Shown here: positions 28,401 through 42,100 of the stretch, piece by piece | Numbering within the stretch: the stretch's first letter is position 1 | Layout: every line of letters starts with the position of its first letter | DNA from: Neocallimastix sp. 'constans' | Taxonomy: Eukaryota | NCBI GenBank assembly: GCA_050613775.1 | Contig: JBODTK010000013.1 | Location: 496,001 to 560,000 of the forward strand | Direction: 5' to 3' | DNA length: 64,000 nucleotides | The notes under the pieces: model-generated | Databases searched by the model: none | What the model was told of the DNA's origin: nothing | The model's input: the letters and a program-made list of their open reading frames with translations, nothing else | Translations under genes and position numbers: made by a program

Positions 28401-31400
28401 CGAATGAGAAATATCAATACTTCTTGAACTCTAGTGACTTAAAAACAACAGGTCAAGAAGTTCTTACCGATGATCTCATTAAATGTTCTGCAGATGTCAA
28501 TAATACTAGAATTTGTGAACCAGCTAAAGGAGAAGACAAAAAGGTTTATATCAATTCATTCGATAAATCAACAGTTATTTCTTGTGTAAGTGGTACAGGT
28601 TGTAGTGCTACCAACTCAACCGCTGAAGAAAATAAACCTCAATTCTTTGTTAATGGTGGTGATATACCTAACGGTGATAAGCTCAAATTGGACTTGATTA
28701 AATGTTCCTTCAAAAAGAGTAGTGGTAAAGCTGACTCTGAAGGATCCATTTCTTGTGATACTACTAATGGTAAAGAAGGTGATGTCTACCTCAATGGTAA
28801 CAGTAACGACGCCTCAAATCAATTGATTATTTGTTCAGAAGATGATGGATGTGTAGCTACTGCCGTTACTCTTGGTGACGGAAGTGCAACTCCATCTGGA
28901 ACTCCATCTGTAACAACATCTGCAACAGCAGCTGCAACCACTCCAGCGAGAAAAAGATCCGATCCATCCACTACTACAACAACTACAACCACAACAGCAA
29001 CATCAACCACAACACCAACTTCGGAGCAATCCTCATCCTCACCTGCACCAAACTATTATATTAATTCTGGTAATGAAGGTAAAGATAAATTTGAATATGC
29101 CCTTATTCAATGTGCTAACGGAGAAGGTGATGCCGTCATCTGTGATCTCTACAAGGCCGACCAATACCAAGTCTATGTCAATAGCAATGCTATTGATAAT
29201 GCCAAGGTCCCATTGATCAAGTGTGCCAAGAATGCCTGTAGTAAGACTGCCAGTGCTGCCACTGAAACAAGTAAGGAATACTATATTAACTCTGGTGATA
29301 TTGACGAAACTCCAAAGAATTATGATATCATTGAATGTGCCCTAGATGGAGATACTGTTAAATGTACCTGTAAGGCCGAAGCTGATACCAATGACGGTGT
29401 CTATGTCAATTCCAACTACTCTGAATCCGGTGACAATAAGCAATTAATTCAATGTTCCTCTGACAATGGATGTGTTGGTATGGCCACTGCTGAAAAGGGA
29501 GTGGAATACTACGTCAATGCTGAAAGTGCCAATTTAACAAATGCCATCATTTTCTGTTCCAATAAGAAATGCGAAAAGCAAACCCCAGCTGCTGTTCCAA
29601 TGTACTATATTGGTAAAGATGGTGATAATGTCGATGGATTAATTAAATGTGTGAAATCCACTCCACCACCAGCTGAAAGACGTAGAAAGAGAGGAGATGA
29701 TGAAGAAAAATGTACGTTGACCTCAGCTTTCACTTCAGAAGGTTACTACTTGAATAGTGGTTACAACAAGTCAACCAATCAAACCATTATTTGTGATTCG
29801 ACAGAAGGTTGTAGTACCGTTAAAGTTGATCTCGGTTACTATGTCAATGCAGGTAATGATGAAAAGAAGATTATCAAGTGTGAAAAGGAAGGAAGTGAAT
29901 GTGAGGAAGAAGACACCAAATCATGTCCATTGGCTGAAAAAGCTGTGCCAGGAAACTACTGTTATGAAGATGGTCAATTGAAATTCTTCACTGCTAATAA
30001 CAGTACTGCCATTACGGCTTCTAAATCGGATGATACCTATGCCTTTGCTACCATTCCAAGTAATGGATTCCCAGGTGTTAAGTCTGAAACGGGTTCATTA
30101 TTCAAGATTTCTCGTTACTTCATTAATCGCTTCTACCAAAGTGGCGTCATCATGATCGATAAGAATGGTAAATTAGTCGATTCTTTAGGTGGTGATACCT
30201 CAGATATCTCACTCTATGATTGTAATGAATCTACTAAGGTCTGTGCTGAACGTCCAGGATGTACTTCAAACACCTACATGTTTGATTCTGAAAATCGCAA
30301 GGCTGTATTCTGTAATGACGGCAACTTGGAATATGCTTCATTCACTGGTTATGTTGTCGATGGTAATCGTGTCACTAGTGGTACTAAACATCCATACATT
30401 ATTCAATGTGAAAATGGTGAAAACTGTGTTAGCCTCAAACCAAAGAGTTCCACCTATTATGAAAACAGTGGCTATGACTCCACTACGAACAGTTTAATTC
30501 AATGTAATAATAGTAATTGTATGACAGTCGCTGCTGATGTCGGTTATTATGTCGCTCACGGTCATATTGATAACAATGGTGTCATAAAATGTACTACGGC
30601 TACAAGCTGTTCCTACAGTCAAGTCAAGAATAAGGTCAAATATGTCAATGCTGGATTTGATAAGAGAAATAATGCCATTATTGAATGTAAGGGTGGTAAA
30701 TGTAATGTTGCTAAGGCTAAATCCGGATATTATCTCACTCATACCAGTACTCTTTTGATTCAATGTACCAGTCCAACTTCTTGTGCTGAATTTACTCCAA
30801 CCGTCAACTACTATGACAACGCCGATTCCTCTGAAAGCAGCAACACCATTATCAACTGTGTCCAAAACAGTAATGTGGTCACTTGTTCTTCTGAAGCCAC
30901 CAACAATGGTTTCTATATGTCTAGCTTATCGAATGTCTTAATTCGTTGTAAGGCTGGTCATAAGTGTAAGGCCATCACTGTCAAGAATGGTATCTTTAGA
31001 GGTGCTCTCAAGGGTCTCACTTCGAATAAACGTTCCGATAATACTCAGAATGTTCAGAATGTCCATGGACGTGATGATGATGACTTGGAGGAAGATGGAA
31101 AGATGGTCAATTTAAGAGATAATTCTGATGATGCCTATGGTATTATTCGTTGTGTTGCCGGTAAATGTGCTGCCCTCTCGGCCAGTGAATTAGCTGCCAT
31201 TCCAATGTGTGAATTTAACAATAACAAGTGTTACATCACCCTTGAATATGCCATGACTAAATCGGCTACCACTTCTATTGCTGCTGGTAATATTTGTACT
31301 AACAGTGATCGTTCCGTCTTTTACTTCGCCACAGATACCGTCGTTGTCAAGCCAAATGTAATTTCTGGTGTTACTTCTACTTATGTCTACACCACCACTA

Positions 31401-32920
31401 ATTCTAACTGTCTTGAAGTTAACGATTCCTATAATGATATGTACTTCACTGTCGGATCCAACATTTACACTCTTGATCAAGGTAGTGTCCTTCAATTCTA
31501 CGAAACTGGTTACTACTTCCTCAATGTTGCCAAGAACACACTTGTTGGTGGTAATGAAATTGATGCCTACAATGATGAAAATGTTAAACTCTACCGCTGT
31601 AACGGAAGTAGCTGTAGCATCATCGATAAACCAGATGCCAACACTTACTATGCTGATGTCAATAAGCGTATCTTGAAGTACAATGTGAATAATGATGTCT
31701 TCACCTTTGCCTATGAAAAGGATATCATCTGTATCTTTGCCAACAACAAATGTACACCAAATGCTGATTTGAAGAACCAAGAATTCTGTATCACCTACAA
31801 GGGTGAAATTGTTCTTGCCACCACCGATATTAAGAACCGTGAAACTGGTGAATGTTATCGTGCCGGTAACATAAATAACTATATCTACGGATATTCTCAA
31901 CACCTTTACCACATGAACCAATTTGCTGCGGAAATGGTCGATCAAACTGGTTTCTATATCATCAGTCTCTCCACCAACACCACTGTCGTCAGTAAGAACT
32001 ATAAGAACAAGAATAACAGTATTGTTGTCTATGGATGTAACCTTTCCTCCTGTCGTGTCTACGAACCTGATGAAGACACCTACTATTACGATGCTCAAGC
32101 CAGAAACATCTTAAGATACAAAAATGGTGTCTGGTCTTCTCCAAGCACTTCTGGATATGCCTACATTGCCATTGATCCAACGAACACTTATGTCTACAAG
32201 TTTGTTAAGAAGGGTGATGAAATCATCATTCAAGGAAAAGCCAACTATGGATACTACTACACTGTCGATAATGAAATGTATCACTGTGATCAAGAAGATG
32301 GTGAATGTAAGCCAATTGATGAAACAGGTTACTACTTCACCAATGCTGGAGAAGTCTTCTCTTGTGTCCATGATTCTGAAGGATTGGAAGCCACGGAATG
32401 TGTCAAACAAAACTGTGTCAGTGGACAATACTACTACATTGATGATGCTTACTACCGCTGTGAAGTTAGCTCTCTTCTCGTTCCAGTTGTTTCTCGTTAC
32501 TGTTCCTATGATGATAATGTCGTCGTGAACTTCCCATTGGCCCTCACGGAGGAATTCCCAGATAAGATTAAGCAGGCCGTCGATGACATTCAAAGAAACA
32601 ACAATTCTACTGCCGTTGTCACTCGTCGTGGGAAGAACTACCTTGAAGCCGTCAGTGGTATCTTCACCAACTGTACCTACAACGTCGAAGAAACCAAATC
32701 CACTTTCGATCTCGTCTGTGTGAATAACTATGTCAAAGTTGATGAGGAAACCGATGAAATGAAGATCTGTAACGTCGATCAACTTGGCTATGTTGAATGT
32801 ATAGAGGATGAAGAAAATCCAGAGAAGTGTACTGTTAGTGGAGCTAACGCTTTATTGAAGCCATCCATCATACTTCTTGCTATTGGAATGGTACTCTCTA
32901 TTCTTTTCAGCTCGTTCTAA
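22057..32920 (+). CDS. Giant secreted Cys-rich repeat protein, fungal scaffoldin-like (paralogue 2); exons 22057-22079, 24103-24161, 24276-32920; ~2908 aa
   Basis: The 2796-aa ORF extends upstream without stops to the acceptor ATAG|24276. Exon 1 is ATGTTGGGTTGGAAATATTTAAG|GTAAAT and exon 2 is GTAG|GCTTTTT...ACTG|GTAAAT. The spliced N-terminus is MLGWKYLRLFGLLSLYCFANVKA-DNLT and the total is 8727 nt in frame. Same repeats and C-terminal region as paralogue 1. Confidence 0.85.
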
Positions 32921-35159
32921 TGAATTAGCCTTTTTTTAATTAAAAAAAAAAAAAAATAAATTATATACCATTCCTATTATTTAATAGGAAATATCATTAA
33001 TAAAGAAAAATATTGAAGGAAAAAATAAATCATATCTTTTTTTTTTTATAATATAAATATTATTTAATTAAAAAATTTTTTTGAAACCCAATAATCAAAA
33101 GGAATTTTAAAAAATTCCTTGTTATTTTATAATTATATAAAATATATTATTTATATTTGAAAAAGTATAAAAAAAAAATACAATCCATTGTGAAGATGGA
33201 ATAAAGAAGAAAACATATTTGATTTATTAATCAAAAAGTTTATAATTATTCATAAAACTGTCATTATAGCATACAATCAGTCATTAAAAGGGACTAGAAA
33301 TGAATAAAGTTTTTTTTAAAAAAAAAAAAAATATTCATTATTTTTTTTTTTTTCAAAAAACTTTTAAAATCATCATTCATCAATACCATTTTCTTTTAAA
33401 AAAGAAAAACTATTCCCAACAATGTAATTTAACAGATGTTTTCAAGATATCAATTATTTAAATAAAAGAGAATACGTAAAAAAAATTTTTTTTTTTTTTT
33501 TTACTTATTTCTTTTATCAGTTATTATTCAAATTTATTTAGTATCATTTAATTATTAATTCACCAAAGTTATCATATAACTTTAAATAACTTAACTTAAA
33601 ACGCAATGCAAAAAAAAAAAAAAAATAGAATATTCATTATTAAAATAATGGAAATTTAAATTATAATTTTTATCTTTATTTATTAAAAATATATATTTAC
33701 CTTATATCAAGCATATTTTCAATACATTCATTTCAATTTTTTTTTTTTTTTCATTTTTCAAAATCATATTATTATAATAATGGAAATGAAAGATAAAATA
33801 CAAATTATATATAATGCAATCCAACTAAAAAGGAAAAAGGAGAAAGAAGTGGGAATTCCGATTGAAAAGGAACGAAGGAACGTAAAAAAAGAAATAAAAA
33901 TATATATAAATATAAAGCAATAAAATCAAAGTGGAACTTTTGTTTTTTATTAGTATTTTTCTTTTTTTTTTTTTTTTTTTTTGGAATTCTCTTTGCCTTT
34001 TTAATTTTTCTCAAATATTATTTTAGCAACGCACATTTTTTTTAAAAAACAAAACAAAAAATAAAAAAAAAAAAAATAATATTTAAAAGATTTTTAATAA
34101 ATCAATCTATTAGTTATATTTCAATATAAATTAATCAATTTTGTCAACTACACGTTCAATTTTTCATTTTTTATATACATATAAAAAAAAATAACAATAA
34201 TAAATCAAAAAATTTTATATATACTCATATCTTATTTATTTTTCCAAAAAAAAAAAAAAAAAAAAAAAAAATAGTGTTATTATATTATATTTTTTTTTTT
34301 TATATAATTAATTTTTTATCTTAGCAATAATTTACAATTATGTATTTATTAATAAAGTAATTATCATTATGTATAATATTAATTAAAACTAAAAGTTTTA
34401 AAAAATAAAGAGATACATATTTTTTTTATTTATGTTTATATCGTAATTGCCTATAATAAAAAAAAATGAAAATAAAAATAAATATAATAAAAAAATTTTA
34501 AAATAATAAAATAAAATTTTTTTTTTAAAAATATTAATATATAATATATATGAATTAAAACATTTAAAAAAAATTTTTTTTTTAAAAAAAAGTATATTTA
34601 TTAAAATTATAAATATTTATTCAGTTAATTTAAATTAATTTTATTTATTTAAATTATTAATATTTATATTTAAATTTATTAATATATTTATTTAATTTAT
34701 TAAAATATATACATTAATATAAAATTAAAAATATTTATTTAAGTAATAATTATTTATTCTTTAAATTTAAATTAAAAAATAATTAATTAATAGGATACTT
34801 TATTTAAATAATATAAAATATATTTATTTAAATAATAATAATTATAATATATTTATTAAATATATTAAGTTTAATAATAATTTAAACTATTCTTTATTTA
34901 AAAAAAAAAAAGTTTCTTTAGGTTAGTCTTAAATAATTATTTATATTATAATAATCTATAAATTAATATTATACTAAACATATTTATTTATATATAATTT
35001 ATTTGTTCATTAAATTTAAATTGAAAAATATTTATTTAATAATACTTTATTTATTTAAATAACATATAATTTATTTAAATTATATAAATTTATACATTAA
35101 AATTATATTAAACTTATTTATATATATAATAATTATTTATTCATTAATTTTATTATTAA

Positions 35160-35168
35160 TTATTATTA

Positions 35169-35246
<78 letters not shown>

Positions 35247-35273
35247 ATTATTAGAATAATTATTTATTACTTA

Positions 35274-35314
<41 letters not shown>

Positions 35315-35456
35315 ATTATTAGAATAATTATTTATTACTTATTTTTATTATTATTATTATTATTATTATAATTATTAGAATAATTATTTATTACTTATTT
35401 TTATTTTTATTATTATTATTATTATTATAATTATTAGAATAATTATTTATTACTTA

Positions 35457-35491
<35 letters not shown>

Positions 35492-35567
35492 ATTATTAGA
35501 ATAATTATTTATTACTTATTTTTATTATTATTATTATTATTATTATAATTATTAGAATAATTATTTA

Positions 35568-35602
<35 letters not shown>

Positions 35603-35629
35603 ATTATTAGAATAATTATTTATTACTTA

Positions 35630-35670
<41 letters not shown>

Positions 35671-35697
35671 ATTATTAGAATAATTATTTATTACTTA

Positions 35698-35735
<38 letters not shown>

Positions 35736-35818
35736 ATTATTAGAATAATTATTTATTACTTATTTTTATTATTATTATTATTATTATTATAATTATTAGA
35801 ATAATTATTTATTACTTA

Positions 35819-35862
<44 letters not shown>

Positions 35863-35917
35863 ATTAGAATAATTTTTACTTATTTTTATTATTATTATTA
35901 GAATAATTATTTATTAC

Positions 35918-35955
<38 letters not shown>

Positions 35956-35975
35956 ATTAGAATAATTATTACTTA

Positions 35976-36016
<41 letters not shown>

Positions 36017-36074
36017 ATTAGAATAATTATTACTTATTTTTATTATTATTATTAGAATAATTATTTTTTACTTA

Positions 36075-36107
<33 letters not shown>

Positions 36108-37200
36108 GAATAATTATTTATTTATTATTTAGAATTATTATTAGAATTATTATTTATTTATTATTTATTATTAGAATTATTATTTATTTATTATTTATTA
36201 TTAGAATTATTATTTATTTATTATTTATTATTAGAATTATTATTTATTTATTATTTATTATTAGAATTATTATTTATTTATTTTATTATTAGAATTATTA
36301 TTTATTTATTATTTATCAATATTAGAATTATTTATTTATTATATTATTAATTATTATTAGAATTACTATTTATTATATATCAATATTAGTAATATTTATT
36401 TATTATCTATCAATATTAGTAATATTTATTTATTATATTTTTTATTATTAGAATTATTATTTATTATTTATTAATATAAGAATTATAATTATTATTTACT
36501 ATTTATTATTATTTGAATTATTATTTTTTATAATTTATTATTGTAATAATTATAATTATTTATTTATTATTTATTATTATATGAATTAATACTTATTTAC
36601 TATTTATTATTATTTGAATTAATTATTTATTATTTATCAATATTGGAATTATTATTAATTATTTATTATTTATCAATATTAGAATTATTTATTATATTTT
36701 TATTATTATTAGAATTATTATTTATTTATTATTTATCAATATTACAATTATTTATTTATTATATTTATTATTATTAGAATTATTATTTATTTATTTATTT
36801 ATTAATATAAGAATTATAATAATTATTTACTATTTATTATTATTTGAATTATTATTTTTTATAATTTATATTATAAGAATTATTATTATTATTTGAATTA
36901 ACATTTATTTACTATTAATTATTATTAGAATTATTATTATTTATTTACTTTATTAGAATTATTATTTTTTATAATTTGTAATAAAAATTATTATTATTTA
37001 TTTATTATTTATTATTATTAGACTTATTATTTATTTATTATTTAATATTGTTATTATAATTATTATTATTTATTTACTATTTATTATTATTAAAATTATT
37101 TTTATTATTATATAGTAATAATTATTTATTATCTATTATTTATTATTAATTATTAGAATTATTATTTATTATTATTATTAATTAATAATAATTAATAATA
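35160..37200. repeat. (ATT)n-based minisatellite with ATTATTAGAATAATTATTTATTACTTATTTTT unit, decaying rightwards
   Basis: About a dozen near-perfect units at 35230-36100, followed by degenerate TTAGAATT variants. Confidence 0.85.
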
Positions 37201-37332
37201 TTATTTTTATTAAAATTTTTATTAATAAAATTATTATTAATTCAAATTTGTATTATCAACTATTAAACTAATAATTATTATTATTATAAATTTTTATTAT
37301 AAATTTATTTATGTTAAATTTTTTCTTAATTA

Positions 37333-37627
37333 AAATCTAATCTTTCGTGGTTAAGAAAAAAATAAATTAAAAAAATATATAAAGAAAAGAGAAATGACAT
37401 CAAAGAATAAAAAATACAACAAATAAAAAAAAATATTTATTTATATTATTATTCATTCCATTTAATATATAATAATAGAAATTTAAAAAAAAAAATAATA
37501 ATAATAAAAAAAAAAGAAAAAAATAAAAATAAATAGATTATTATTAATTATTTAATTTTTAATTTTTTTATTTTTTTTATTTTTTTTTTATTTATTTAAA
37601 GATTAATTCAACATTAATATACCCATA
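37333..37627 (+). promoter_or_regulatory. Putative shared cis-elements upstream of paralogue 3: AAATCTAATCTT (37333-37344) and ATACCCATA (37619-37627)
   Basis: Same motifs and order as upstream of paralogues 1 and 2. Confidence 0.45.
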
Positions 37628-37832
37628 AAAATATAGAATATTTTTTTTTATATTTCTATTATTAAAAAAATTTACATATATATATTTTAAAGACAATATT
37701 ATTTTTATTTTTATTTTTTTTTAATTAAATAAAAAAAAAATAATTTTTTTTTAAATATTAAATATTTATTAAAATAAAAATTAACCTTATTATTATTCAA
37801 ACATTTCCGACCTTTTGAATAACACTTTGAAT

Positions 37833-37855
37833 ATGTTGGGTTGGAAATATTTGAG
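37833..37855 (+). other. 23-nt first coding micro-exon of paralogue 3
   Basis: ATGTTGGGTTGGAAATATTTGAG|GTAAAA. Confidence 0.85.
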
Positions 37856-39122
37856 GTAAAAAACATGAAAGATAATAAATATTTAATACTTATTTTTACT
37901 GTTTTTACTTTTATTTTTATTAATTTTTTATATTTGGTTTGTAAATGGAAATGGCTTAAAATAAATAAATAAAGAAATACTATTATAATTTTATGTAGCA
38001 TTAGTAAAAACAAAAAAAAAAAAAAAAGTCAAAATTAAATGAAAAAAAGTTTTTTTAATTTAAGGAATAAAAAATAATAATAATTATAAATTCAAAAGAA
38101 ATTGAGATCAATTCAATAATAGATAAAATTTTAACTAAATGAAATAAATAATAGAAATAAAAATTCTAAATTTAAAAAAAAAAAAAATAATAATTAAAAA
38201 TTTATACTAATTTGCCATAAAATATAAGAATTCATGATACAATCATTAAAATAATAAATATATCAATAATTAACATAAAATATATGTGATCATGATAAAA
38301 TTTCGTGCAACACTAATTTTAAAAGGAAATAGACATTTAATTATATGATTTTTAAAGTTTTTTGTCCATTTAAAATTTAAAAATTTTAAAAATATTAAAA
38401 AAATTTAAAATATTTAAAGTTTTTAAAATTTAATTATCAATGATTTTTAGATCATCCACAAAAAAAATTAATCAATTATAAATTATTTATTTAAATTATT
38501 ATTATCTATTCATTGATATTAAATTAAATTAACCAATGGAATTATTAGTTTAATTTAAAATTTAAAAGAAAAGTTTAAATAATAGAAAAAAAAATTTATT
38601 TTTTAGTTACACAATTAATAATAATATATTTTTTTTATAAATAAGCCGCAATAAATAATAAATAATTATAATTAATATTATAAAATGACATTTAATAATA
38701 ATTAAAATTAGATTAGAAATAGGATTGAAAATATTAATTAAAAAATTATATATTGAAATTAGTCATTCAACATTTTATTATAGTTAATAGGATTGGTAAA
38801 TTGTGTGGCATTAAAAGAAGGATTAACCATTCATTTTTTTGAAATTGAAAAAAAAAATTTTTTTTTAATTTACGAATAGAATTTCATTTTTCATTTTTTT
38901 TTTTTTTGGATTTTATTATTAATTTTTTAAAAAAAAAAAAAAAAGACATAATTTCATTCAAATATTATATTATTAATAATAACTTAATAATTAACTTTCC
39001 ATTTTTTTTTTTAATAAATTTATATATTATAACTACTTAATGTTTATAGAAATATTAGCTTGCTATTCTTGGTTAGTCGGCTAGGAATATCATCTGTTTC
39101 AGCAGGTAATTTTTATTATTTT

Positions 39123-39160
<38 letters not shown>

Positions 39161-42100
39161 TATTTATTATTTATATTTATATAATTTATTTTAATTATTA
39201 CTTTGGAAAGATAAGGAAATTTTATATTTCTTATTTTGTTTATTTTTCTTTAATAAAATATATTTTTTTATTATTACTATTATTAAAACAAGAATATATT
39301 TATTTATTTAATTTTATTTTATGTAATTTATTTATTTATTTTTTATTTATTTAAATTTATTTTTTTTTTATTATTAAAAATTGTATATTTTTATTATTAT
39401 TTAATATTATAATATTTATTAATCTTTTTATTATTTCCTTTTTTTTAATTTTGAATAATTTTAGCTTTGGTTGCTTGTGATAGTGCCACAGCAAGTGAAG
39501 ATACTGCATGTACAGGTGTTAGTGGAGATACATACTGTATAGGAAGTAATAAAATATTTCATTCAACTACAGATAAATGTGAAGAATTTAAAGAAAAAGG
39601 TGTTTATCTTTTCTCATGTGATAGTACATCTACAAAATGTGACTTAGTAGGAAGTGGTGATATAGCTTCCGAAAATACTTTATTAGTATATGGTATTGCT
39701 GAAGGTGGTGTAGCTACTGCTAAAGATGATTATACATATATAGCCAATAATAAATTAGTTATATGTACCACATCGGGGGGCGGTTGTGCACAAAAGACCA
39801 ACCCTGGATATTATACAGTAGGAACAAATACTAATGCCGCCGCTGGCACTTTATTAATAAAAATAGAAGGATCGACGGTCACCCCAATTTCAACTGTTAC
39901 TGCTGGTTCCTACTATTTGGATGAGAGTTCTTTAAGTAGTGATGTTTATACTAATATAATTACTTGTTCTACTACATGTAGTTCTGCCGAAGCTACAGCT
40001 GGTGTTTTTGTTAATTCAGGGACCCCAGGGGTTATTGTATGTTCCGCTGAAAAATCTTGTGTTGCCAGTCCTGCCACAGCCGGTCAATACTATGCCAATG
40101 CTGGAAGTGACAGTACCACCAAGCCATACATTCAATGTGCAGCGACGGCCTGTACAGCTCAAGTAATTGCGGAAGAAGGTATTTTCTACTATTTGGATCA
40201 AGGAAATTATGACTCCACAAATCCAGGAAAATATACGAAATATTTACTTTGTAAAAAAGAGTCCTCTTCTAATACAAATTCATGTACGGCTACAGCAGCT
40301 GCTGCCAGTACTATTTTATTAAATTCAGGAACACCAAAATCTATAATTACTTGCGATGCTAATAACTGTTCTTCTAAACCTGCAAACCCAGGTGATTATT
40401 ATCTTAACAGTGACACAAACAATAAATTCTTAATTGAATGTAATGCCGACCGCTGTGCCAAGGCCGAAAATCCATCCACCGTTGGGGCCTATGTGGATTC
40501 AGGAAAGACGACCAATATTATTACCTGTGATGCCACTGGTTGTACTTCTGCACCTGCTTCTACTGCTGGATATGAAATTGATGCCTCAAATAAATCAAAA
40601 ATCATTGAAAATACCGGTACCACTTGTGAATCGAAAGCTCATCAAGCCACAGATACTGCTCCAAAACATTATCTTCAAGCCGCCTCCTCTAATCCTAAAG
40701 TTATCACTTGTACCTCCGCCACAGAAGGTTGTCACTATGAAGATGCCTCGTTGAACGGTTACTTTGTGAATTCTGGAAAGGATTTCTCTACGAAACATGT
40801 TATTCAATGTGTTGGTGGTACATGTTCAGAAGCTACTGATCCGACTGGTACTACTTGTACTGTTGGTAAATACATAATTGATAATGGAAAAGTAAAACTC
40901 TGTATATCCTCAGGAACTACCGATGCCGTAGAAATTAAAACCGGAGCTACGGAACAAATTTTAACCCTCACCATTACTGCAGATAATGATTTCCCTGGTA
41001 CTACTGCCAGTTCAACTGCTCATGTCAAGCTTTACAGTGATGGAAGTGTCATTCTTCTTGAGAATGGAGCTCTTGCTACTGCCCAAAGCGACTGTAACGA
41101 TGATACCGTTTTTAAATTTGATTCTTCAAATAAAAAGATTCAAACTGGTACTAGTAACAATTGTGCCGATATTACTGCAACCAGTGTTAATCTAAGCTCT
41201 GCTGGTTCTGTCGTTCTTTTATTTGATTCAGATGGTCATCAAGTTAATGTTCCAACCTCTGGAAGTATTAAAAATGTTGTCGGTTATCAGTGTACCTTCG
41301 CTGGAACAGGAAGTGTTACTCTTCAGTCCTGTGCCCTTATTAAGGGATATGCTATATCTGGAAGTACAGTCGTTCAATGTAGTGGTTGGAAGAAGGAAGG
41401 TTGTACCATTGCCACACTCTCAGCTTGTGCTGATGGCGATGAAGGTAAAATGGGTACCGGTAATAAGGTTTGTTTCAATACCAATGGCACTAGTCTTCCA
41501 GCTGCCTCAGCTACCACCCCATCCTATATTGGATTTGTGAGTACCAAAGTGAATGAACTCTATGGTATCTTTGAGGATGCTGTTACCTTTATCCAGTTAA
41601 CTGCCAATGGAGCTATCATTACCGATGATGCAAGTAAGTAAAAAAAAAAAAATCGTTATTTTATTTTTCTTTTCTTTTTTATTTTTTTTTCTTTATTGGA
41701 AACTTTTTAAACACTGGTAAAAAAAAAAAAAAAAAAATTTCTATATATATTTTATTTTATTTGGAAATTTAAATAAAAAAAATAATAGTAAATATATAAA
41801 TAATAATAAATATATAAATAATAGTAAAGATATAAATAATATAAATTTATAAATAATAATATATCTATAAATTAGTATATAATAAATAGTAAATATTTAA
41901 ATGATAGTGAATATATAAATAATAGTAAATATATAATAAATAATAAATAGTAAATTTATAAAGTGAATAAATAATAATATATATATAAATAATAGTAAAT
42001 AAATAATATTATATATATAATAAATAATTATATAATAAATATTAAATATATAATATATAATAAATAATAAATAGTAAATAAATTATAAATAGCTATATAT

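Noticed and set aside
35230..36100. Repeat-spacer appearance resembling a CRISPR array (also the TTTCTGTTA array at 19530-20290)
   Set aside because: The 'spacers' are only variable (ATT)n or T runs, there are no cas genes, and the context is eukaryotic.
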